DNA of 56,075 nucleotides, filler included, from Platydemus manokwari (Eukaryota): NCBI GenBank assembly GCA_037951405.1. It is 5 parts of 5 records of this genome, joined end to end, with 100 filler letters (N's around TTAATTAATTAA, not from the genome) between each part and the next. Parts side by side here need not be neighbours in the genome. Positions count along the whole stretch, not along the records: positions 1 to 14,204 come from JBBMOY011506969.1; positions 14,305 to 24,544 come from JBBMOY011154882.1; 3 more parts are not named here. One strand, 5' to 3'. Shown piece by piece: positions 1 to 24,644 of this stretch (position 1 is its first letter; each line of letters starts with the position of its first letter). The notes under the pieces were generated by a model. It saw only the letters and a program-made list of their open reading frames with translations, ran no database searches and was not told where the DNA came from. The position numbers and the translations under genes were made by a program.

Positions 1-115
1 ATGATTAATATTATTGTTTTTATCATTATTATTATTATTACTACTATTATTATTAGAATTATTATTATTATTGTTTTTATTATTAAAATTATCATTAATA
101 ATATTATTATTATTG
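1..115. repeat. Imperfect (ATT)n microsatellite
   Basis: Degenerate ATT/TAT triplet run at the window start. Confidence 0.8.
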
Positions 116-730
116 TACCAAAATAATTTGTGCTTTTAAAAAATTTTAATCGATAATTTTACAAAAGTAAAAATCTTATCAAAACTATTGAATGAGGTGA
201 TTCATAATAATAAACGAACGGAAATGAGTTATTCCAAATTACATCAAGGGACAAGTGCATATAACAGATGCTGAGTAAGCGAAAATTACTTTCACTCTAA
301 TCGATAATAAATACAATTAAATACAAAATTTGAAAGAGCTTGAAATTTCCAAAATTATTAAAAAAGCTTTTTGTCCTTTTGTTACCAGTGTTTCCACTGG
401 ATTTGTCAAACATTTTTTTAAAAAAACCCGAAACTGTATTTGTAAAAATGAGTGGAAAATTTTGAATAAAATAATAAATCAATGGAAAAAAATATATAGA
501 TAATACTGAGAAAGGGATAATAATAATAATAATAATGATATAAAACTAGCATAGAATTCCTGCATATAATAATCAAACCATATATGATCTTTATCCGAAA
601 AATTATAAAATTTTCATAACAAAGCTTATTTATAGCACAATTTATTTAAAATAATAATTTTTAAATCAATCAATATAATCGATAAAAATTAACTGATGAA
701 ATAAATAATTAAAAAAAAATGAAATCTAAC

Positions 731-13861
<13,131 letters not shown>

Positions 13862-14142
13862 TCAGTTAATCGTTCAGAATGATTAATTCATGTCGATTTA
13901 TATTTGATGAAAATTGAAATATGATAATGATCGATAAATAATCAATACAAAAAATATACTAAAGTCTAAAAATAAATAATATTTGTGAAATTGTAAATTT
14001 CAAACAAAATTTATTCGTTTAATGAACTTCGATATCAATAACCAATCAATTTTTAATAAATGTTAACCAGTCTCACGAGATAGCATCATTAGCTTGATAA
14101 TTTTTGTACGGGAAATTTTAACTAATTATTAGAAAATTTTAA

Positions 14143-14204
14143 ATAATAATAATGATAATGATAATAATAATAATGATAATAATAACAATAATAATAATAA
14201 TAAT
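14143..14204. repeat. (AAT)n microsatellite at contig end
   Basis: AAT/GAT/AAC triplets running into the N linker. Confidence 0.9.
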
Positions 14205-14304
14205 NNNNNNNNNNNNNNNNNNNNNNNNNNNNNNNNNNNNNNNNNNNNTTAATTAATTAANNNNNNNNNNNNNNNNNNNNNNNNNNNNNNNNNNNNNNNN
14301 NNNN
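14205..14304. other. Artificial scaffold linker (44N-TTAATTAATTAA-44N)
   Basis: Exactly 100 nt with a six-frame-stop 12-mer in the centre; identical to three other linkers in the window. Confidence 0.97.
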
Positions 14305-14653
14305 ATACATTCCATAACAAAAACGTCACATCGTTTTAAACAAATTTGCTTTATCATGAGTATTTATTAGTGATTATATATAATAATATATAAAATAATA
14401 AATTATAAATTGAAATATATGAATCTAAATATAATTTTTAATTTATTGAATGTGATGTTAAAAATCAATACAATAATAAAGAATTTATTATTTTAATGGT
14501 ATTAACAATACAATTTATTTTAATAAATACATTTTAATATAACAAAATTTATATGAACGAAATATTTGATTATATTGTATTTCAATTGCAATTCTATCAT
14601 CATTATATAATTTATTGTGAAATTTATTTTAATATTTATGTTTAAAATTTTAC

Positions 14654-16566
14654 CTTTAACTTTTCCATTACAAAAATTGAATGTGCAGCATAATATTGTA
14701 TCAATTTTATCATCGGATGGAGCAGTACAATTTGACAAGCAGAACTTGTTAATAAGATCCCGTCCCGTTTCATTGACCCGTGTTATTGTTGTTACGCAGA
14801 ATGAGCAATTTGTTTTATATGAGTCTTGTAACACATTTTCTTCGCAATTATCACAAACAACGCAGCTGATTTTCATTGATGAAGTGAAAGCTGTATTGAA
14901 AAATAAAGTTCTTTTATTTTTATTTATCGATTACAAAATATTTCGAGTTAAAAGCGTAAAATTTCTAAGAACAAATTGATTATTGATATTAAACATGTTA
15001 ATAGGAAGAGATTATCACAAATATTTTCATATTAATTTTAAATTAACAGTACATATATTTTTTATTATTAATGTACACCTGATTAATAAATGTAACCTTG
15101 AAAGGTTCCTGGTACTGGTTCGTTGCAGAAATCGGTGTTACAACAAAATAATCTTGACCCATGTATTAGCGGACAATTTATTGAGCATGATCTTTCTGTT
15201 AAACTTTCAACATAAAACATTGAACTGTCATTCATTGTTGAAACACATAATGAACAATTGGTATTAATTTGTGTGTTTGAAATTGCATGACTGCAATTTT
15301 GACAAATTCTGCATTTGATTTTTCTGCTAGTAGGCCAAGCTAAAACTGAATCATTTATAAAAAATATTTAATTTGCACTCATAATAAGAATAATTAATTC
15401 TGAAGCGTTTAGAGTTGATTTTTTCAACTCAATTGTGACAAAAACTGTATTTAGTTTGATTAAATATTACGCAGTAATACATTAATGAACACAATAATGA
15501 AATGTGAAGATTTAGATAATATTTTCATCGAAAAATTAAAAATATAAATCAAACCTGTAACATTCAAATTCAAATAGGTATTGCAATAATTATATTGGCA
15601 GCACGATACTACAGATGAAATGTTGGATATCGAAAATTCACAATTGGAGTTACAAGAATTTTCTAACGTTATCATGTTGCCGTCTTCAATGTTTTTATTT
15701 AAATGTGTTAAACAGTACGTGCAATTATACTGAAAATGACGTGTGATTACTGAATATTTGCAATTTCGGCATACCCAGCAACTAATATGGTTTACTAAAA
15801 CTATTTCACAGTTAAAATACCAATTATTTAATTATTTTGATTATTATAATTTAAACTGAAACTGAAATGATTTGAAATTAACCTGGTCGTAACCCTGTTT
15901 CATTTTCATTACAGAACTCGAAATTGCAATAAAATATTGGCAAATTAAAATGTTTGATGGGATCATTAAGACGCTTGAGACAATATTTTGAAATAATTTT
16001 GGATCGGTGTGATATATTATCAATTTTTGTACTTGTCAAACAATATCTGCAAAAGGAATTAAGGGCATATTGATAATTTTCTTTACAATTTTTGCAAACT
16101 ATACAACGCAATCTATTGCCAACATCTAAACAGATATAAAAATCAATGAAAAAATAAATACTTCTTAACTAAAAAGTCTTATAAAACATAGAAAAATAAG
16201 AAGTCATTAAAGTAATTTCGTACGTATTGCATATATCTTGTCCAAGGCATTGCAGAAATCGGTATTGCAACAAATTGTTCTTGGTGCATTTTGTAAATTA
16301 GAAAATTCACATTTCTGAACACAGGATTTGTTGACAAATGTCTGCTTTTTATAACGCGCTATACTTGATTGACAAAATTTGCAATTCGTGTATTCATGAG
16401 GTTCAGCATTAGATTTATGACAGTTTTGACAAACATTACATTTGATAGCATAAATTGATGCACAGTCTAATTATATAGTAATACAATAAAAAATAAACTA
16501 TTTAGGCTCACTTAATAACAATACAGCTGTAAAAAGAATTAAAACAGAACTCATTAAAAAAACCAT
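14654..16566 (-). CDS. Secreted/surface multi-domain Ly6/uPAR (three-finger, CD59-like) protein, copy A; at least 5 LU domains, 3' end not found before the linker
   Basis: Signal exon 16566-16512 (MVFLMSSVLILFTAVLLL). Five phase-1/phase-1 exons follow: 16466-16224, 16125-15883, 15800(or 15794)-15555, 15339-15097, 14890-14654 (237-246 nt). Each encodes one C-x2-C-x2-C-x(11-12)-C-x2-C-x(16-22)-C-x3-C-x(9-13)-CC-x4-CN domain, e.g. IKCNVCQNC...NCKFC...SCVQKC...ICCNTDFCN; domain 2 lacks C7 and C8. The terminal CCx4CN is the LU-domain hallmark. Confidence 0.85.
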
Positions 16567-18786
16567 AAATCTCTATCTATTGTCATCTATTTATATATTA
16601 TGAATCTGTTGGTGTGTAAATACAAAACAAATACGTAAACGCTAATAACAACTTGGACAGAAAGGCATTATATAATTTGCAATAACATTTCTATACTGCA
16701 GAAAAAAAATTAAATGAAATGTTGTTTTCCTACATTTGAAAATAGAAAAATAAAAAACAGAATTCACACTTCTTTTATTTTTGGAAGTAAATAATCAATA
16801 GATTTTTATATTTTTTTAAAGATGATGCTGTTGATGGTTAAATTTCTGTGCTGTTATTCTCTATTTCTGAAAACTGGTTTTAACTTTAAAATAGAATCAA
16901 ACAATTTTATTGACTAATTAATGTGATTATTTAGATATTATAAATCATCAATTAAGTATTTTGCTGTTATTGGTTCACATTACTTTCATTCTATTTCCAA
17001 ATGACTTCTTATTTTTGCTTTTGAACTTCTACATCCAACTACATTAATGAATCATTTATCCACTTCAAATTATTTTCGTGTCAAAGAAATTTTAATAAAT
17101 TATCAATCAAGTGTTTCTTGAATTACTGTAAAGTTTTCTCTTGACAAATATTCTGATGATATCGATTATAATATGAAATCTCAATATATGAATTGTATTA
17201 TTGTTATTATTATCATTTTATTATTAATTTAATAATAATAATTACAAAGTTTTTGATAATAACAATTTATTAAAATTGCTTTCATTTTCCGTCGCCAAGT
17301 TTATGTTATAAATAGTTAAAAAGATTTTCCTCTAAAACATCGTATCGAATAAATATAACAATATCAAATATAACAATAGAACCAAAATATTGTTCAATAT
17401 TTGAAGTGTCATTGTTAGGAATGATATTTAAAATCTTACCAAATCTACAACAATTGTTAAATTTATATGGGTAGAAAATTTTTTGATATTTAACGAAGGT
17501 AAAGAGAAATCATTTATCATAGCAACAAGAAACAATTGTTCATGTAAATTTGATGTAAAAGAGAATTCCAAAGATTTTGAAAGTACTCTGAAGCAGCAAT
17601 CTAACGGTATTGTTAATCTATAAACCATTGTAAGATATAGCAGAATAACCACACTAATGTTTAAAGGATTTATAAATATTTTAGAGTTTCTTTTGAAAAT
17701 TTTTATTTAATTCCAATTACAATGTCAAATTTTTTTCAGGATGAATATACTCTAAAATGCTTACATTCTCACAAAAAATTTTGATGTTCTTTTGGATTTA
17801 TTCTAAATTATATCTATAAAAATGTTTAATCATGAAATTTAATAAATTAGTTTTTATAAATGAATTTGATTTTTAAGAATTATTCTTGAAGTGGATATCA
17901 ATGCTTAAAAATAAAAGGAAATCATATTACAATTGTGAAATTAATTTATTGTATAAAAATCATATATATATATATATCTGTTTGTGAAAATTAATCTTAT
18001 ATTAGAAATCTAATATACGAAAACTTGTAATTATAAAAATATTGATAGATAAGAAACTAAATTTCATAATTCAAACATCAGCGCTTCATTATTTCATATT
18101 TTACTGCTACTGTTTATTGATTTCTTGACTTTTCTAAATTAAAGTTTAACAATTACATCATCAATAAACAAAACATGTTTATAATATAAATTTAAGACCT
18201 TCAGATTGTAGAAATAAACTCAAAGCAGTTCGAATTGAACAAATAGATTTGAAACGAAATATGATTACACTTTGTCATCTCAATGGAAATTTATTAACTT
18301 CAACTTCAAATATCTTTCAACACAAATTTTGATAATTGACAGACTGAATATAGATTAATTAGAATAACAATAACAACTAATAAATACTTAAATCTTTAAT
18401 TATTTTACCACAACAATGGATATCATACGGAGCCGTGCTTGTCGGTGAATAAGATTTTTTTACATTTTGATACACCGATTATTGTGATGATAATATTCTT
18501 TTTTTTATAAATTTTTGTTTACAATAAAAATTTTAATTAAAATTTACAGTTTAAATCAATAAATTTCAGGGAATATTTTAAATGTAATGTCATGTATTAT
18601 ATTCTGTAATTCTAAATTATGATCCCCATAAGTGACCCCATCGGATTAATGATATTCACTTTGAACATTTTGGTATAAAGGAATATCACCGAGTAACAGT
18701 TAATCGTAATGAAACTTCAATCAACGAGAGACCAACAAAATCAATGAAAGCTATTGCCTCTTAATTTTAAAAAAAATTTGAAATCA

Positions 18787-18891
18787 GAACCTTGTTTTTG
18801 CTGTAGTGAGCTTGGACAGCGGAAGTTTGAATTTCTAATACGAAATAAATGTTTGATATGTTGAAAAGAAGGACATTCGTTCAGAGAATGT
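18787..18891 (+). mobile_element. Degenerate tandem CCHC zinc knuckles (retroelement gag/ORF1 remnant)
   Basis: Translates EPCFCCSELGQRKFEFLIRNKCLIC*KEGHSFREC. The second knuckle fits C-x2-C-x4-H-x4-C with an internal stop; the first has lost its H and last C. Confidence 0.6.
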
Positions 18892-19089
18892 CATTTAGCC
18901 AGGAAGCATATTTACAACAATCAGAGGAGAATACTGTGTATCCATGACAAAGAAGATGAAGCCGATTTTCGAAGCGAAAGTAAAGCAAGTGATTGTATTA
19001 GCTCACTTTAGATGGAAGAGAATAAAAACTGGAATCAACCTCCTGTACCTATCTTGTCAGAGTGGTTGAGTCAATATGGCATATATAAG

Positions 19090-19446
19090 TTAGAGATAAA
19101 ATAGAATTAAAGAACGAAAACGGAAAGAGTAAGAGGAAGCATTTAGAAATGAATAAGAAAGCAGATAGTAGAATGTGGAGTAAACTTGATTGCAACGGTA
19201 CACATATTGAAATTGTATGGGATTCTGGTGCTTCAAAAACAGTAAGTAATAAGAGCAATTGTAAGCGCATGTTAATTGGAACTTTACACCGTTTAGAGTA
19301 AGATTTTTAAGAAATACAGTTTTGCTTTGTTTTTTCATTTAATTGATATGATGCGAAAGAAACAATTGGTTTGATATGAAATTTGTGATTCATTGTCTTG
19401 GCAATTATCACAAACAACTAACTGATATTCTTTGATGAAAAATGAG
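19090..19446 (-). pseudogene. Decayed third copy of the poly-Ly6 gene (domain-5-like exon, plus possible terminal region)
   Basis: After an AG at 19448-19447 it reads SSKNIS-(1-nt deletion)-VVCDNCQDNESQISYQTNCFFRIISIK*, versus copy A domain 5 SSMKISCVVCDNCEENVLQDSYKTNCSFCVTTIT. It has a frameshift, a C>R change and a stop. Confidence 0.7.
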
Positions 19447-20762
19447 CTACACACTATCAATTTCAATACATTAAAATATTAAAAATAATAATTTATTGTC
19501 ATGTGGAATATATATATATATAAGTCGATGTTACAGCGAAATAATTTTTCAAATTTTAAATGAGAGCCTTTTACTTAACATGGTCATATGGTTTAGCTTG
19601 AAATGAAATCACATGAAACATCATACACGCATGACAAACAATTAGTATTGATTTGGATATATGGAAATGAATTAGTGCAGTTTTGTTTAAACCTACATTT
19701 TATTTACTGTGATTCAGTCATTCTAAACTAAGAAATTGTTTATTTGAATAATGAAACTCAATAGCAGCGTTCACAAAATTCATTTAATTAAATAATTCAT
19801 CAAATGGATTTTAATATTTTGGATTTTGAAAATCATTGATTCGTAGCCTAGATGTCACATTGAGGTTCACTAGCGTGCTGAATATGTCGATAATTACTGC
19901 TAGATACTTCTTATTACTATGCATTGTGCCCATTTTGTGTCCACCATGATTTTCTCTTAAAGCTCAGAAACTATCTCAAATCCTTGGTTCTGGATTGATC
20001 AATCTTTCTCTTTGCACATATAATACATTTTTTCAGTATCTCTTTATTGAAAGTAACATATTAATTTTTTTCTCATTACATAGTTTATACATAAATAAAT
20101 TATATACTTTTACCCATAATGTTTTATTCAACTTTATTAGACGCTGAAGAGTTCAAAATTTCATTAAGTTTCGAATTTTTATCCTTGATCTATTATTTTT
20201 TTTTCCTGTTATATGTTTCTGCCAAAAAATTAGTAATTTCTCTAATAGTTAAATCTTTATCTCTTCTATCCTGGTATTCAAATATTTTAATATACTTCTA
20301 TTTGGTATTTCATTTTTAATTCCAGGATATGAAATTTAATTTATTTTATAGTGTTATTGAAAATATTATTAAATTTCCTCAATTTGAAAACTCTAGTGTG
20401 TATAAAATAGTTTTTGGTTTTGCCAAAACCTGAAATTTCAATTTTGAAAAATTTGAAGTGAAAAGATTTTTTTATATTGCAAGTTTTAAATGATCTTACA
20501 ATTATTAATAAATTTTGTTATTATATATAATCTTAAAATTCATTCAACTAATTCTGAAATAATTACAGAAGTGCTGTGAAAATTACAAAAGTGCTGAGTA
20601 GCATTACTTATGAATAATATCGCATCTTGAACTTTCAACAATTAACCATCTAAACAAACGAGATAAATATCCCATTCCACAGAGATAGTTAATACATTAA
20701 AAACCAACTTGACAGTATTCTGTTAATTATACTAAAGCAATTTTATATAAGGGTTTACAAAA

Positions 20763-21590
20763 TCAAATTAAATGTTTCGGTCTTTCCTCGTCTGTATATT
20801 TGTTGTTAAATTGTGATGAATCGATTGTGGTCATGTATTTCATCGAATACACTGGTCTCTCTCTGCTTGAAGTGAACTTTTGTTCCAAAACTATAGGCTC
20901 GGGTATCCATGTACTTATAGCATGGAGTGGCTTATAATTACTGGACTCGTTACTTTTCTTTTTAAACTGGTTATTCCATCGGTTGCTTCGTCCAGTATTA
21001 AGTGCTTGAGCATAGCTGTCTCTACGAATTGTATTGACTGCTTCAGAATCTCGTTTTACACTTTGTTCTCGATTCTCGAACACCTTTGCAGCACTTCTAA
21101 CTTTTATGATATTCATGTCTGGTTTCAGGGCAAGAGAGTCTTTTAATCCATTCGATCGAGTTCTCTTGCTGATAATATCTTCCACTACAGAATTTTGTTT
21201 TAATCCGGAATTTATCACAGTCTCGAACAATCGGTGTACTTTGATCTCGAAAGTGGCAAACCGTTCTATCTCAGATTGTTGAGCATTTGCAAGTTCGACA
21301 ATCATATTTTTTGATTGGAAATGTATCTTCAAACCACGATTTGGGTGATTCTTCTGTGGTATCTTCCGATTTAACGTTTTTCCACAAAATGCTTCCCTCG
21401 TCCAAAAGCAATTAGTCGAACCCGCAAATCAGACTGAGACTATTAATTAATAGCCATTCATTTTGCGGCCTCGTTTGAATTCCTGCCATCAAATTTCCGA
21501 ATATTGAAATTGAGCGCTTCTTGTGCTTGTTTCGGCTGGTTACTTGTTATTGCGTTGATTTGTATGGGGTGATCGCCAGGTAAGTCATAA
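20763..21590 (-). mobile_element. Degenerate LTR-retrotransposon gag remnant (Ty3/gypsy-like)
   Basis: Upstream of the 189-aa ORF (about 21502-21470) it reads IRKFDGRNSNEAAK*, resembling the gag N-terminal I-x-x-FDG...W motif. The ORF contains QQSEIERFATFEIKVHRLF, resembling the gag major homology region. It is intronless, richer in GC than its flanks, and disrupted by stops and frameshifts. Confidence 0.55.
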
Positions 21591-23348
21591 GCATATTCAG
21601 TTCTAATATTTATTTGAAAAACTTCACTAAAGAACCAATCAATTATTTAAACAAACAATACTTGTCTATTTATTTAATCACGTTACTCAATCAAAAATTT
21701 TTCCACTGTGTACCTGCTTCATCATTCTATTTATCCGTAGCCACTCCTCTGTGTTTCTTATCCATTCTGCAGCCTTATTAGTAATTCTTTTACTAAATTC
21801 AAGAATATTTGACGTTTAGTTTTTTTTGCATTTATTTCTTCTGTTATCTTTTCTTATTGTAATTATTTGAATGGCATTGACAAAGGCTACATCATAACAA
21901 TAATCGATATGTGAAAAGAAAATATGTTCGTGATTAAAAATAACTCAGTATTTCTATCTTATTCAATAATGAGTTTTATTTTCAACCCAAAATCAATTGA
22001 CAATGAGTAGACGTGGTTATAAACAGGTGATATAAAATAAATTCAGTCTTAAACATATTAAAATTTTTTTATTTATTTTTAATATTAAACATTTTGAAAA
22101 AATTTTACAAACAACTTCAAGAAAATTTATCATATTTAACATATAAACAGAATTACTATATTATGACATGGTTGTTGGCCTTATTGTATTCATTGAACAT
22201 TCATTTTTCATAACCTAAACAATTATATCTTGTTGCTATGATACAGGATTTACCTTTATACGTACATCATACAATTTACAATTAGATATTTTCAAGATAT
22301 TTGAATAAAACAATTGGTGAAATTTATATAAGGTTAAAAACAAACTTAATAACACAATTCAATTCTAGAACACTGTTTTCGTTTTATTGTTAATTTTTAT
22401 ACAAAGAGATTATCAACATTTATAAACATGCATTTTTATATATTTTTTGTTGAACAAGTTATTTGAAAATACTTTTTATATGATATTTTTTAAAAATATC
22501 AATTTTTTTTAAATGTTTTAAACATTTCCATGACATCCAAAAGATAGGGAAATATTAAATATTGTAATTTTTAGAAACTTTTGTAATAACATTTGCAAAC
22601 CAATAATAAAAGAATAATGCAATTAATACTACAACTTTTATATTTATTTTATTAAACAGTATGTAATTATGAAGAGTGACATTCTATAAAAATTGATGAT
22701 AAATTATTGCTAAGCATAATTTGTGAATGTATGAAGTATTTAAAATAAAATAGAACAGTAAATTATAAGATTAGTCATCAGTGAGTGAGAAAGAATCATT
22801 AGAAATATCATGTTCGAATAAGAATGCTAATATTAATTAAATTTTTCAAGGGTAAATTCAAGATGTAAATATATAAGAAAGAAGATATTATTAAAAGATT
22901 ATATCGGTAAAACATATGAATAGTGATTGGACAGAGATGTTCAGAGAATATTAGAAATCACATGAGAACATCAAAGTAACTGATGACACTCTATCAATTA
23001 TTCTGAATTTTTCTAACGGAAAGCATATCTTGGACTAAGCCAATGATATGATTATAAATTGCAAAAAATAATTACTGATAAAAAGAAACATGTTAGTACA
23101 GGCATTTTGCGAAACAAACATTAGAGAAAATCTATTGATTGTGTTTTTTTACAAAACAAGACACGTGGATTATTTCGCTTGTTCTTAAAGAATGAAAAAT
23201 ACATTTTCATTTCATTTTCTGCAGTATTTAGATGCTTATTTTGCAAATCATGCAATATTTTTCTATCCAAAAAGTTCTTGTTGCTTGAATATATCTGTAA
23301 TTTTTTTATCATTTTTTATAATTTATAAATTTATGATAGGACAAATTG

Positions 23349-24361
23349 ATGCTTGGTAATTTCGAAAAAAAAATCCATTTTAATTTTATTAACAGTTTTA
23401 TTATTAATAAGTGAGTTTAATTAATTTTTTATTTAAATAATTTTAAAAATTGTCAATAGGTTGCATATCGATCTTCGCTATCAAATGCAATGTTTGTCAA
23501 AACTGTCAAAATTTTAACGCTGAATTTCGTAAACACACAAATTGCACATTTTGTCAGACAAGATTAAGGCTCTATAAAGGCAAAACATTTATGAATAAAT
23601 CATGTGTTCCAAAATGTACATTTCTCAGGTTAAAAAAACCGTTTAAAACAATTTGTTGCAACACTGATTTTTGCAATGAAGTAGGCAAGATTTATGAATT
23701 AAGTATGATTTTACTTTAATTTCTTGTTTATTTATATCTAAATGTCTTTTAAGTAAAATTGAAATTTACTAGTTATTTAATTTGAAAACCTTTTATTTTT
23801 CAGATTATCGCAAACATGTACGATGTATAACTTGTAAAATTTGTAAAAACAATTATCACTATACCATTTATTACTATTGTCAATATTGTTTAACAAGCAC
23901 AGCAACTGATAGCACAGCACAACAATCTAATATCATTTCAAAATACTGTCTAACAAGTCTAGGAAATATTACCTCCTATTTACATTTACAGATTTTTTAC
24001 TGCAATTTTGAGTTCTGCAATGAAAATGCTACAGGATCAAAACCATGTTTGTCTTTTGATTTTGATAATACATTTTTGCAATGATTGTATAATTCATGCT
24101 TTATTTTTGAAGTAGTTTCAAGAAATTTAATCACCTGCTGGATCGGTCAAAAGTGCAATTATTCGAATATAATACGTGATTTTCAATATAACTGCACATA
24201 CTGCTTAACGCATCTACATAAATCAATTGAAGATGGCAACATGATAATGCTACAAAAGACATGTAGTTCCAAATGTATATTTTCAATGTCCAACATTTCA
24301 TCGGTAATATCGTGCTGCCAATATGCTTTTTGCAACACTTATGTGAGTATGAAAGTTACAG
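23349..24361 (+). CDS. Multi-domain Ly6/uPAR protein, copy B (paralog of copy A, head-to-head; possibly a pseudogene; 3' end lost at linker)
   Basis: Signal-like exon ending 23410 (SILILLTVLLLI). Exons 23460-23702 (IKCNVCQNC...CCNTDFCN), 23804-24046 and 24116-24361 (...CCQYAFCN) match copy A domains 1-3 in order and length (243/243/246 nt). The ATG at 23349 is out of frame across an A9 run, and domain 3 has C2>G. Confidence 0.8.
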
Positions 24362-24544
24362 GTTGGAATTTAATTGTTAAATTCTCATGAAAAATATGTT
24401 TAAAATTTTCACATTTATTTATCATAAATTGACTACTATGTGACATTTTTTTGTGAACCATATCAGATATTTAACATATTTGAATATTCATGAATTCTAC
24501 ATTACCTTATTTGATTTTTTACCGTTTTCATCTGAATTTGTTGT

Positions 24545-24644
24545 NNNNNNNNNNNNNNNNNNNNNNNNNNNNNNNNNNNNNNNNNNNNTTAATTAATTAA
24601 NNNNNNNNNNNNNNNNNNNNNNNNNNNNNNNNNNNNNNNNNNNN
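24545..24644. other. Artificial scaffold linker (44N-TTAATTAATTAA-44N)
   Basis: Same 100-nt linker. Confidence 0.97.

Noticed and set aside
14305-14360. Minus-strand MIKQICLKRCDVFVMEC as a possible sixth Ly6 domain
   Set aside because: In-frame stop immediately upstream, no N-terminal cysteines, and truncated by the linker.
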